Part shown: in pieces, positions 44,290 to 52,352 of the stretch | Layout of the letters: each line of letters starts with the position of its first letter | How positions within the stretch are numbered: the first letter of the stretch is position 1 | From: a virus | Taxonomy: Duplodnaviria > Caudoviricetes | IMG/VR virus record: IMGVR_UViG_3300034418_003568 | Coordinates: 1-60,335 of that record | DNA: 60,335 nt | Direction: 5' to 3' (one strand) | The notes under the pieces: model-generated | The model's input: only the letters and a program-made list of their open reading frames with translations | The model's database searches: none | What the model was told of the DNA's origin: nothing | Position numbers and translations under genes: made by a program

Positions 44290-44344
44290 TGACGGTCTCG
44301 TCAGGCAGCGCGTCACGCTGCGACGGGCAAAGCCCGTTTCGACC
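44290..44344 (-). ncRNA. Hammerhead ribozyme, type II (copy 3)
   Basis: GGTC GAAA CGGGC TTT GCCCG TC^GCAGCG TGACG CGCTGC CTGACGA GACC GTCA (cut 44322/44321). Confidence 0.92.
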
Positions 44345-44616
44345 TAGTGGGATGCGAGCCACCGAGTACAGGCGGCTGCTACAAATGGGCGTCTTACCCA
44401 TAAGCGCGGGTGTTTTCGCACCACAAATTGCTCGCCAATCAGGTATCTACCCGAGTACCTGAGCGGCTCGCAACAGTCCCATTTGCCTGTTAGCTCGCGC
44501 ATGGCTGATGTTGCTGCAATCCGCGCAGCGACGGCGTTATCGTCGTACAGCGGCGATAGCTTGCAGGCGATCCGATACAGTCGGCGAATTGCCGAGAATT
44601 GCTGACGCTTGCTCAT
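44344..44616 (-). CDS. Hypothetical basic early protein
   Basis: TGATG coupling to the upstream ORF; its TAG stop overlaps stem II of hammerhead 3. Confidence 0.55.
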   Translation of the reverse strand: MSKRQQFSAIRRLYRIACKLSPLYDDNAVAARIAATSAMRELTGKWDCCEPLRYSGRYLIGEQFVVRKHPRLWVRRPFVAAACTRWLASH

Positions 44617-44726
44617 CACTTGCCCCCCTTTTTGACTGGAACCCACACTGGAACCGCATCGACCGGATGCAGCATCCAGTAACCCTTCTTGCTTGATTTG
44701 ATCAATTGCTTGAATGACTTGCTCAT
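44616..44726 (-). CDS. First early gene, 36-aa basic peptide (not in ORF track)
   Basis: MSKSFKQLIKSSKKGYWMLHPVDAVPVWVPVKKGGK; GAGGTGCAAGTC-ATG. Confidence 0.55.
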   Translation of the reverse strand: MSKSFKQLIKSSKKGYWMLHPVDAVPVWVPVKKGGK

Positions 44727-44792
44727 GACTTGCACCTCATGACTGTAGTGGACTCTATGCAACGCACTCAGCGAATGCGCTCTACAGAGTCG

Positions 44793-44949
44793 AAGGTATT
44801 TCCGGTACGTTGGGCATCGTCAGACTTTCGGGCGGCTGCTGTACTTGCAGGTCATCGCCTTCAACCCTACGGCTTCACCGATGCTTTAGGCCGGATTCCC
44901 CCTTCAGGGAACCGTCGGGCTGCTTGCGCTCATCCGACACCAGAACCTT
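44793..44949 (-). ncRNA. Candidate multibranch structured RNA in the early leader
   Basis: Closing stem AAGGT-TCTGGT/ACCGGA-ACCTT encloses GTCGG/CCGAC, GGTTCCC/GGGAATC and GCATCG/CGATGC. Confidence 0.5.
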
Positions 44950-44996
44950 TGTTTTTTCCCTAGCGGGGCGGCCTGTCTGGGTGGCCGATGGGTGCC

Positions 44997-45024
44997 ATCA
45001 TACGGATATCTGCTAAGCTGTCAA
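44997..45024 (-). promoter_or_regulatory. Main early sigma70 promoter
   Basis: TTGACA-N16-TATGAT with AT-rich upstream sequence. Confidence 0.75.
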
Positions 45025-45057
45025 CAGTCCAACATGAAATATTTTTCAGGTGATAAC

Positions 45058-45070
45058 TAAGTCATTGATA
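45058..45070. promoter_or_regulatory. IHF consensus site
   Basis: Minus strand TATCAATGACTTA matches WATCAANNNNTTR. Confidence 0.55.
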
Positions 45071-45186
45071 TTTGGGCGAATTTAGTTTGATTTTTTTTTG
45101 CACTCAGCCTAGATTCGGTGAGCAGCGACACAAGTGTCAGTGTCAAAGATTAGCGAAAACACTACGAAACAAGGGATATTGTTAGC

Positions 45187-45711
45187 ATGGAAGGTCAGTA
45201 CGATGAATATGGTTTGACCGTAAAACAGCGGAAATTCTGCGAAAATGTAGTCTCTGGGATGAATCTCAGTGATGCATACCGGAACAGCTACGACGCTGAG
45301 AACATGAAGCCTGCGAGCATTCATCGACGGGCGTGCGAGTTAATGACGAACGGCAAGGTGAAGGCATGCGTGGAAGCGATAGGTGAGGCTAGGCGTAGGA
45401 TAGTCGAGGTCTCGACCGTCTCCGACCGCGACATGCTCATCCGCCTTTTGCGCTCATGGAGTACTGGCGAAGAATCTGCCACTAGTTCGCAGCTACGCGC
45501 CGCTGAACTGTTAGGCAAAGCCTGCGGACTCTACAGAGACGTCATCGAGGACAACCGCGAGCGTCCCGCTCAGGCGATTGCAGCAGAGCTAGAGTCAAAG
45601 TTGTCTTCACTGCTGCAGGCTTCGCGGACTCAGCCTGAGCAGGGTTCCACGGCTGAACCCGTGCTGACTCCGATTCCACAGGATCAGACCGAGTCTGTCG
45701 TAAGTCATTGA
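45187..45711 (+). CDS. terS: Terminase small subunit
   Basis: LT.KQ.KFC.......SDAY...Y; A.EL..N.KV; A.ELLGK..GLY; upstream of terL. Confidence 0.85.
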   Translation: MEGQYDEYGLTVKQRKFCENVVSGMNLSDAYRNSYDAENMKPASIHRRACELMTNGKVKACVEAIGEARRRIVEVSTVSDRDMLIRLLRSWSTGEESATSSQLRAAELLGKACGLYRDVIEDNRERPAQAIAAELESKLSSLLQASRTQPEQGSTAEPVLTPIPQDQTESVVSH

Positions 45712-45713
45712 TT
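45701..45713. promoter_or_regulatory. IHF consensus site
   Basis: Minus strand AATCAATGACTTA matches WATCAANNNNTTR. Confidence 0.55.
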
Positions 45714-45959
45714 TCAAAGGGGTCAGGGGGTTAAGGTCAGGCCGATTGGGGCCAGAAAGTCGAGGCCAGACCCCCTTTTTTGCGCCGACCGTGGGCTGCT
45801 CCATATACATGCGATTCCACTCAAACGATTCCCCACATTTCCCATACCTGTTGTTTGTACGCAACATGTACTTTCACTTAAGTTCACGGGGATTTTGAAT
45901 AAATATACGGTTCCAGTGATTTTGGAAAAAATTTTTTGCAAAATTTTTGGAATTTTATA

Positions 45960-45988
45960 TTGACATTTACGATATAATATGCTAAAAT
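45960..45988 (+). promoter_or_regulatory. Sigma70 promoter upstream of terL
   Basis: TTGACA-N17-TAAAAT with a TGn extension and upstream A/T tracts. Confidence 0.75.
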
Positions 45989-46163
45989 CGAACCAGATCT
46001 TAGGCAAGATCTAAAAGATCTAGCAAACTTTACATAATTTAAGGGTATTTAGGTAGCTTTTCCGCCCAGATATAATTTTTTTTTGGGTTCCCTCAAGATT
46101 AAGAAGGAAAAGCGCAGACATCGATGTTAAATATGCTGAATCGGGGGCTATTGTCCCTGCATT

Positions 46164-47678
46164 TTGAGGATCATCAGCTTGAACATCACCCCCGAAATCC
46201 TGAATAAAGTCAAACAGTTACCGTTAGATCAGCAAACCGAGATACTTCGTCTCTTGGATGAGTACGAAGAAGCCAAATCCAAAGAGAATTGTCGGGAAAG
46301 TTTCATTGCTTTTGTAGAGAGGGTGTGGCCGAGCTTCATTTCTGGGCGGCATCACAAGATTATGGGGGAAAAGTTCGAGCAGATTGCTTCAGGTAAGCTG
46401 AAGAGATTGATTATCTGCATGCCTCCCCGTCACACCAAGAGCGAATTCGGCTCTTATCTATTTCCTTCTTGGTTTTTGGGGAAGTATCCGCACAAGAAGG
46501 TGATTCAGACCTCCCACACTGCGGAATTGGCGGTGGGATTTGGTCGGAAGGTCAGAAACTTGGTGGATTCGGATGATTATCATTCGATCTTCCCGAATGT
46601 TGGACTCCGAGCGGACTCCAAAGCCGCCGGTCGCTGGAGTACTTCCAAGGGTGGGGAGTATTTCGCGATTGGTATCGGCGGTGCGGTGACCGGTAAGGGT
46701 GCCGATTTACTGATTATCGATGATCCCCACGATGAACAAGAGGGTCAGTCTGCCGATCCGACCGTCTTCGACCATGCGTATGAATGGTATACCTCCGGTC
46801 CTCGCCAGCGTCTCCAACCGGGCGGGGCCATCGTGATCATTTGTACCCGTTGGTCGAAAAGGGATCTCGTTGGTCAGGTCTTAAAGGCTTCCGCTTTGCG
46901 TGATGGGGTCGATGAATGGGAAGTTATTGAGTTCCCAGCGATCATGCCTTCGGGAACCCCGCTTTGGCCTGAGTTCTGGCCCCTAAAAGAACTCGAAGCG
47001 ATCCGAAACGAAATCCCGATCCACAAATGGCAAGCCCAGTACCAGCAAGATCCCACCTCCGAAGAGGGAGCGTTAATCAAACGGGAATGGTGGAAGGTGT
47101 GGGAAGAACGAAATCCCCCTCAATGTGAGTATCTCATTCAGTCATGGGATACCGCTTTCTTGAAAAAGGAACGGGCCGACTACTCCGCCTGTACCACTTG
47201 GGGGGTGTTCTACCATCCAGATGAAAATGGATCATTGCAACCGAATCTGATTCTGATGGACGCATTGAAAGAGAAGATGGAGTTCCCCACCCTCAAGAAA
47301 CGGGCCTATGAGCTATACCAGTACTGGAACCCTGAGACTTTGATTGTGGAAGCCAAAGCAGCAGGAACTCCCTTGATATTTGAATTAAGGGCGATGGGAA
47401 TTCCGGTCGCGGAATATACTCCGTCGAGAGGAAACGATAAGATTGCCCGTGTGAATGCGGTGGCAGATCTCTTTGCCAGTGGAAAAATCTGGAGACCTCA
47501 AACTAGATTTGCGGAAGAAGTGGTAGAAGAATTTGCATCCTTTCCCGCTGGAGAGCATGATGACTATGTTGACTCAGGCACTCAAGCGTTGTTGAGATAT
47601 CGACGGGGCGGCTTTGTGTCTTTGCCGTCCGATGCTCAAGATGAACCGATGTACAGACGTAAAGTGGAGTATTACTGA
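46164..47678 (+). CDS. terL: Terminase large subunit (start may be TTG 46179)
   Basis: MPPRHTKSE, LIIDDP, TRW, QYQQ.P, SWDTA, DYSA, IVEAKA.G and HDDYVD motifs. Confidence 0.95.
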   Translation: MRIISLNITPEILNKVKQLPLDQQTEILRLLDEYEEAKSKENCRESFIAFVERVWPSFISGRHHKIMGEKFEQIASGKLKRLIICMPPRHTKSEFGSYLFPSWFLGKYPHKKVIQTSHTAELAVGFGRKVRNLVDSDDYHSIFPNVGLRADSKAAGRWSTSKGGEYFAIGIGGAVTGKGADLLIIDDPHDEQEGQSADPTVFDHAYEWYTSGPRQRLQPGGAIVIICTRWSKRDLVGQVLKASALRDGVDEWEVIEFPAIMPSGTPLWPEFWPLKELEAIRNEIPIHKWQAQYQQDPTSEEGALIKREWWKVWEERNPPQCEYLIQSWDTAFLKKERADYSACTTWGVFYHPDENGSLQPNLILMDALKEKMEFPTLKKRAYELYQYWNPETLIVEAKAAGTPLIFELRAMGIPVAEYTPSRGNDKIARVNAVADLFASGKIWRPQTRFAEEVVEEFASFPAGEHDDYVDSGTQALLRYRRGGFVSLPSDAQDEPMYRRKVEYY

Positions 47679-47851
47679 TGAAAGGTCGTACGAACGCATC
47701 TGAAAAGAAAGAAGCACCGAAAAATAAAGCGGTGATGGTTGCTGGCGCAAAGCGAGACATTGGAATGTATGGCGGTGGCATGACCATGGGAACCAAAGGG
47801 GTGGCCCGTGGGATGGGTGCTGCCGTGAAGGGCGGTAATTTTACCGGCTAA
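47678..47851 (+). CDS. Small basic protein (57 aa, not in ORF track)
   Basis: MKGRTNASEKK...MYGGG...RGMGAAVKGGNFTG; coupled to the terL stop. Confidence 0.6.
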   Translation: MKGRTNASEKKEAPKNKAVMVAGAKRDIGMYGGGMTMGTKGVARGMGAAVKGGNFTG

Positions 47852-47862
47852 AGGAGAAAACT

Positions 47863-50328
47863 GTGGCGGTTGATCGCGCTTTAATGCCTTTGATGGTTCA
47901 AGGGCAGGGAATGGAAATTGATGTCCTCCCTCCCGAGGATGATTCCGTCACAGTAGAACTCCCTGATGGGGGTGTTGAGATCCAGTTAGGGGCCGAGCAA
48001 ATGCAAGCGGCCCATGATGACAATCTTGCGCTCTACATCGAAGACGATGTGCTTTCTACCATTGCTAGCGAGTTAGTGGGCTTATTTGAAGCTGACAAGG
48101 ATTCTCGCAAGGAATGGGAACAGACCTACATGAAAGGTCTGGATCTTCTAGGATTGAAGATCGAAAACCGGACACAGCCGTGGGATGGAGCCTGCGGTGT
48201 GTTCCACCCAATGCTTTCTGAAGCGGTCGTTCGGTTCCAAGCGCAATCCATTCAAGAGATTTTCCCGCCCCGTGGTCCGGTCATGACCAAGATTTTGGGG
48301 GAACAAACCCCAGATCGATTGGCTCAAGCGACCCGAGTTCAGGATTATCTGAATTATCTTTTGACCGAGAACATGAGCGAGTATCGATCCGAAACGGAGA
48401 AGATGCTGTTCTCATTGGCGATTGCAGGATCGGCTTTCAGGAAGGTGTACTACGATCCCAATCTAGGCCGGTTTGTGTCTTTGTTCGTACCGGCTGAAGA
48501 TTTTGTGGTCTCTTACGGAACCCCAGATCTTTACACCTGTGAGCGTTCCACTCACATGATGAAGAAAACCCCTAACGAAGTTCGCAAGCTTCAGGTGTCG
48601 GGTTTTTATTCAGATGTCGAGTTACCGCCTCCGACCCCAGACATTGGGGAAATTCAGAAGAAATATGATCGATTGACGGGTGATGCGGCGATTGATTTAG
48701 ATGGTCGCCACACGCTCCTTGAGATGTTGGTGGATTACGATCTACCGGGCTTTGAAGACACCCTGAACGGGGAACCCACCGGAGTGGCCCTTCCCTATGT
48801 GATCACTATCGACAAAGGGTCACGCACCATTTTGTCGATTCGACGGAACTGGTATGAAGGCGATCCGCTCAAAAAGCGCCGCCAGCATTTTGTGCATTAT
48901 GTCTATTTACCCGGTCTAGGATTCTACGGGTTCGGACTGGTCCACATGGTAGGAGGATTGGCAAAGTCCGCGACATCCATTCTCCGACAACTGGTGGATG
49001 CGGGAACCTTGTCGAACCTTCCGGGCGGTTTGAAAACTCGCGGACTCCGGATCAAAGGCGACGATACACCCATCATGCCGGGTGAGTTCCGCGACGTAGA
49101 CATTCCGTCCGGAACCTTACGCGAAAACATTACCTTCCTACCCTATAAAGAACCTTCCAGTGTTCTCTACAGTTTGCTGGGGAACATTGTGGAAGAGGGC
49201 CGCCGATTCGCTTCACAAGCGGACATGAAGGTGGCGGACATGAATAACGAAGCGCCTGTAGGCACCACGCTCGCGCTTCTCGAAAGATCGATGAAAGTGC
49301 AAAGTGCTGTGCAAGCGCGTTTACACGCATCGATGAAAAAGGAACTGAAGATTCTGGCAGGACTCGTTAAAGACTATGGTCCGCTGGAATATCCTTATGA
49401 AATCAAAGGGAAAGATCTCACCGCTCAGGACTTTGATGATCGCATTGACATTGTGCCGGTCTCTGATCCGAATGCGGGAACCATGGCTCAACGGATCATG
49501 AAGTACCAAGCGGCTTTGCAGTTAGCGGCCACCGCTCCGACCATGTACGACATGCCGCTCTTGCATCGTCAAATGCTAGAGACCTTGGGTATCCAAGATG
49601 CCCCAGAGATCGTGAAAACACAGGAAGAAATCCTGCCGACCGATCCGGTTACCGAAAACATGAATATGTTGAACAGCCGTCCGGTCAAGGCGTTTATCTA
49701 CCAAGACCACGAAGCACACATTCAAACCCACTTGTCGTTTATTCAAGATCCCAAGATCCAAGAACTTGCGGGTCAATCCCCGAATGCTCAAGCAATGCAA
49801 GGCGCAATTGCCGCGCATATGGCAGAGCATTTGGCGTTTAAATACCGCGACGAAATTGAAAAGCAATTGGGAGTCAAGCTCCCTCCTCCGGGGGAACCCC
49901 TGCCCGAAGACATCGAATACCGTTTGTCTCAGTTGGTGGCTCCGGCTGCTGCCCAGTTGCTACAGAAAGATCAAGCCGAAGCGCAAATGCAAAAGCAAAT
50001 GGAAGAGGCTCAAGATCCCGTGCTACAGATCGAAATGCAGAAGCTCCAGCTTCGCGCACAGGAAATCCAGCAGAAAGCCGAGTCCGATATGGCAAAGGTC
50101 CAAGCGGATATGCAGAAAGCGCAAATGCGGATGCAGTCCGAGCAAGATCGTCTCAAAGCGCAAGAGCGTATCGAAGGCGCTCGTTTGGGCGTACAGATCG
50201 CTTCGACCAATACCCAGTCGGAACTCCAAAGCAAAGAGATTGCTTCACGCGATCAAATCGAAGGAGCCAAGCTGGGCGTTCAAATTGCCAAGGACATGTT
50301 GAATGCAAAGCCACCAAAATCTCAGTGA
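47863..50328 (+). CDS. Portal protein
   Basis: 821 aa after terL; GSAF.KVYYD, GFYGFGL, DAGTL.NLPGG, APVGTT.AL; C-terminal Q/E-rich helix. Confidence 0.9.
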   Translation: MAVDRALMPLMVQGQGMEIDVLPPEDDSVTVELPDGGVEIQLGAEQMQAAHDDNLALYIEDDVLSTIASELVGLFEADKDSRKEWEQTYMKGLDLLGLKIENRTQPWDGACGVFHPMLSEAVVRFQAQSIQEIFPPRGPVMTKILGEQTPDRLAQATRVQDYLNYLLTENMSEYRSETEKMLFSLAIAGSAFRKVYYDPNLGRFVSLFVPAEDFVVSYGTPDLYTCERSTHMMKKTPNEVRKLQVSGFYSDVELPPPTPDIGEIQKKYDRLTGDAAIDLDGRHTLLEMLVDYDLPGFEDTLNGEPTGVALPYVITIDKGSRTILSIRRNWYEGDPLKKRRQHFVHYVYLPGLGFYGFGLVHMVGGLAKSATSILRQLVDAGTLSNLPGGLKTRGLRIKGDDTPIMPGEFRDVDIPSGTLRENITFLPYKEPSSVLYSLLGNIVEEGRRFASQADMKVADMNNEAPVGTTLALLERSMKVQSAVQARLHASMKKELKILAGLVKDYGPLEYPYEIKGKDLTAQDFDDRIDIVPVSDPNAGTMAQRIMKYQAALQLAATAPTMYDMPLLHRQMLETLGIQDAPEIVKTQEEILPTDPVTENMNMLNSRPVKAFIYQDHEAHIQTHLSFIQDPKIQELAGQSPNAQAMQGAIAAHMAEHLAFKYRDEIEKQLGVKLPPPGEPLPEDIEYRLSQLVAPAAAQLLQKDQAEAQMQKQMEEAQDPVLQIEMQKLQLRAQEIQQKAESDMAKVQADMQKAQMRMQSEQDRLKAQERIEGARLGVQIASTNTQSELQSKEIASRDQIEGAKLGVQIAKDMLNAKPPKSQ

Positions 50329-50497
50329 TTTCCTAAAGAAGTCTCTTCGAGATCAGATGAATGAAATGGCAGATCATATTGCCGGAGGCGGTTGTACGGA
50401 TTTTGCCGACTACAAAAGATGCTGCGGAGTCATACATGGTTTAGCGTTAGCAGAGCGCGAACTACTTGACTTAACAAAGCAAATTGAAGACGATTAA
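50303..50497 (+). CDS. Small head-module protein
   Basis: G...DF.DY...CG.I.GL motif between portal and GroES. Confidence 0.7.
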   Translation: MQSHQNLSDFLKKSLRDQMNEMADHIAGGGCTDFADYKRCCGVIHGLALAERELLDLTKQIEDD

Positions 50498-50559
50498 ACA
50501 TCTCCGCATATTGCGGTGCGCGTGACTCCGGACACGTTTAAATTCCGGTGCGAGGAAAT

Positions 50560-50907
50560 ATGTCTGAAAAAACAGCGAGTCAGTTACCTAAACCCACGGG
50601 TTATAAACTGCTTATTGCCCTACCAGACCCTGAAGAGAAGACAGAGGGTGGCATCATCAAGGCTTCTCAAACTCTTCAAGCCGAAGAGATTGGAAGCATC
50701 GTCGGATTCGTCTTAGAGATGGGACCCGATGCATATCAGTCATCCGACCGATTCCCAACAGGACCGTACTGTAAGAAAGGAGATTGGATCATGATGAGAT
50801 CCTACTCCGGTACGCGCTTTAAGGTTCATGGCAAAGAGTTTCGTTTAATCAACGATGACAGCGTAGAGGCTGTGGTCGAAGATCCGAGAGCGGTGGTAAA
50901 AGCATGA
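50560..50907 (+). CDS. groES: GroES-like co-chaperonin
   Basis: P.GY.LL...E.T.GGII...V..MGP...GD......YSGT......E.RLINDD.V.AVV. Confidence 0.85.
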   Translation: MSEKTASQLPKPTGYKLLIALPDPEEKTEGGIIKASQTLQAEEIGSIVGFVLEMGPDAYQSSDRFPTGPYCKKGDWIMMRSYSGTRFKVHGKEFRLINDDSVEAVVEDPRAVVKA

Positions 50908-51878
50908 GCGAAGTACAGACAAGTCGAGAAGATAAATTTTTCGGAGTCTCTTATCAGGTGGAAACACCCGATGAGGAACCGGAAACCAAAGAAGCCTCAA
51001 ACGAGGTGGAACTGGAAATTATCGACGATACTCCGAAGAAGCCCCAAAAGGCGGAATCGGTGCAAGATGACGATGAAGAGCTTTCTAGCTATGGCAAAAA
51101 AGTTCGAGATCGTATTAACAAGCTGAAGTATGAGCAACATGAAGAACGCCGTCAGCGTGAAGCTGCCGAGCGGATGCGCGAAGAAGCGGTTCAGTTTGCT
51201 CAACAGCTTGCCCAAAAAAACCAACAGTACGAAAGTCTGATCCAGCGTGGAGAAGGCGCACTCGTACAGCAAATCAAATCCAAGGCGCAGATTGCCCTTG
51301 AGCAAGCCAAATATCGCTACAAAGAAGCGTATGAACAGGGTGATTCTGAAAAGATCATCGCTGCACAAGAGAGTCTGTTGAATGCACAGACGGAGTTTCG
51401 GGAGGCCGAGCGTTACGAGCGTAACCTTCAGTCTCGACCCAAACCCCAGCCGCAAGAACAAGTTGTTCAGCAGCCGCAACAATCTTATCAGCCGGTGCCT
51501 TTGCCGCAGCCGTCTGCAAAAACGATGGCATGGACCCAAGAGAATCCATGGTTCGGTGCGAACCGAGAAATGACCGCTCTAGCCTATGCCACGCATGAAA
51601 GTCTGATCCGTGATCAAGGTATTAAGCCTGACACAGATGAGTACTATGAAAAGATTAACGCAACCATGCGGTTGCGCTTTCCGGACTACTTTGAAGAGGA
51701 AGCTCCGGCAACCCAAACAAAGCGTCCTTCTACGGTGGTCGCTCCCTCCAACCGGAGTAATGGAGCTAAACCCCGCAAAATCCAGCTAACTGCGACACAA
51801 GTCTCCCTCGCTAAGAGACTGGGATTAACCCCGGAGCAGTATGCCAAACAACTCATTAAGGAGAGTTCAAATGGCTAA
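50904..51878 (+). CDS. Capsid scaffolding protein
   Basis: Acidic N-terminus, coiled coil, W...NPWFG, AKRLGLT.EQYAK. Confidence 0.75.
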   Translation: MSEVQTSREDKFFGVSYQVETPDEEPETKEASNEVELEIIDDTPKKPQKAESVQDDDEELSSYGKKVRDRINKLKYEQHEERRQREAAERMREEAVQFAQQLAQKNQQYESLIQRGEGALVQQIKSKAQIALEQAKYRYKEAYEQGDSEKIIAAQESLLNAQTEFREAERYERNLQSRPKPQPQEQVVQQPQQSYQPVPLPQPSAKTMAWTQENPWFGANREMTALAYATHESLIRDQGIKPDTDEYYEKINATMRLRFPDYFEEEAPATQTKRPSTVVAPSNRSNGAKPRKIQLTATQVSLAKRLGLTPEQYAKQLIKESSNG

Positions 51879-52317
51879 TGAGCGCAGTGTTCGTATTGAA
51901 CGGCAAGCCGAGTCGCGACCGAGCGATACTTGGTTGCCGCAATCCTCACTTCCGGTCCCTGAGCCGAAAGATGGTTGGGTGTTTCGCTGGATTCGTACTT
52001 CTTCGTTGGGCCGTTCGGATAACACGAACGTCTCTCGCCAGTTCCGTGAGGGCTGGGAACCTGTCAAGGCAGAAGATCATCCTGAACTGATGGTCATGTC
52101 TGACATTAATTCTCAGTTCAAAGGGAACGTGGAAGTGGGTGGTTTGCTGTTATGCAAAGCCCCGCTTGAGAAGATGAAAGCCAGAGAGAAATACTTTCAA
52201 AACATTTCGGATAAGCAGATCGAAGGTGTGGACCGCAGTTTCTTGCGGGAAAACGATCCGCGAATGCCGCTTCTGAATCCAGAGCGGTCTACGCGCACCA
52301 CTTTCGGAAGAGGTTAA
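51871..52317 (+). CDS. Conserved head-module protein
   Basis: FRWIR...D..N.....REGWEPV...GGLLLCK. Confidence 0.7.
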   Translation: MANERSVRIERQAESRPSDTWLPQSSLPVPEPKDGWVFRWIRTSSLGRSDNTNVSRQFREGWEPVKAEDHPELMVMSDINSQFKGNVEVGGLLLCKAPLEKMKAREKYFQNISDKQIEGVDRSFLRENDPRMPLLNPERSTRTTFGRG

Positions 52318-52352
52318 ACCCTTATCTATCAATTATTTAGAGGTATTTTCAA

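Noticed and set aside
42557-44350. Three spaced intergenic repeats as a CRISPR array, attC sites or terminators
   Set aside because: The spacers are whole genes, there is no integrase or U-tract, and the conserved residues are exactly the hammerhead core
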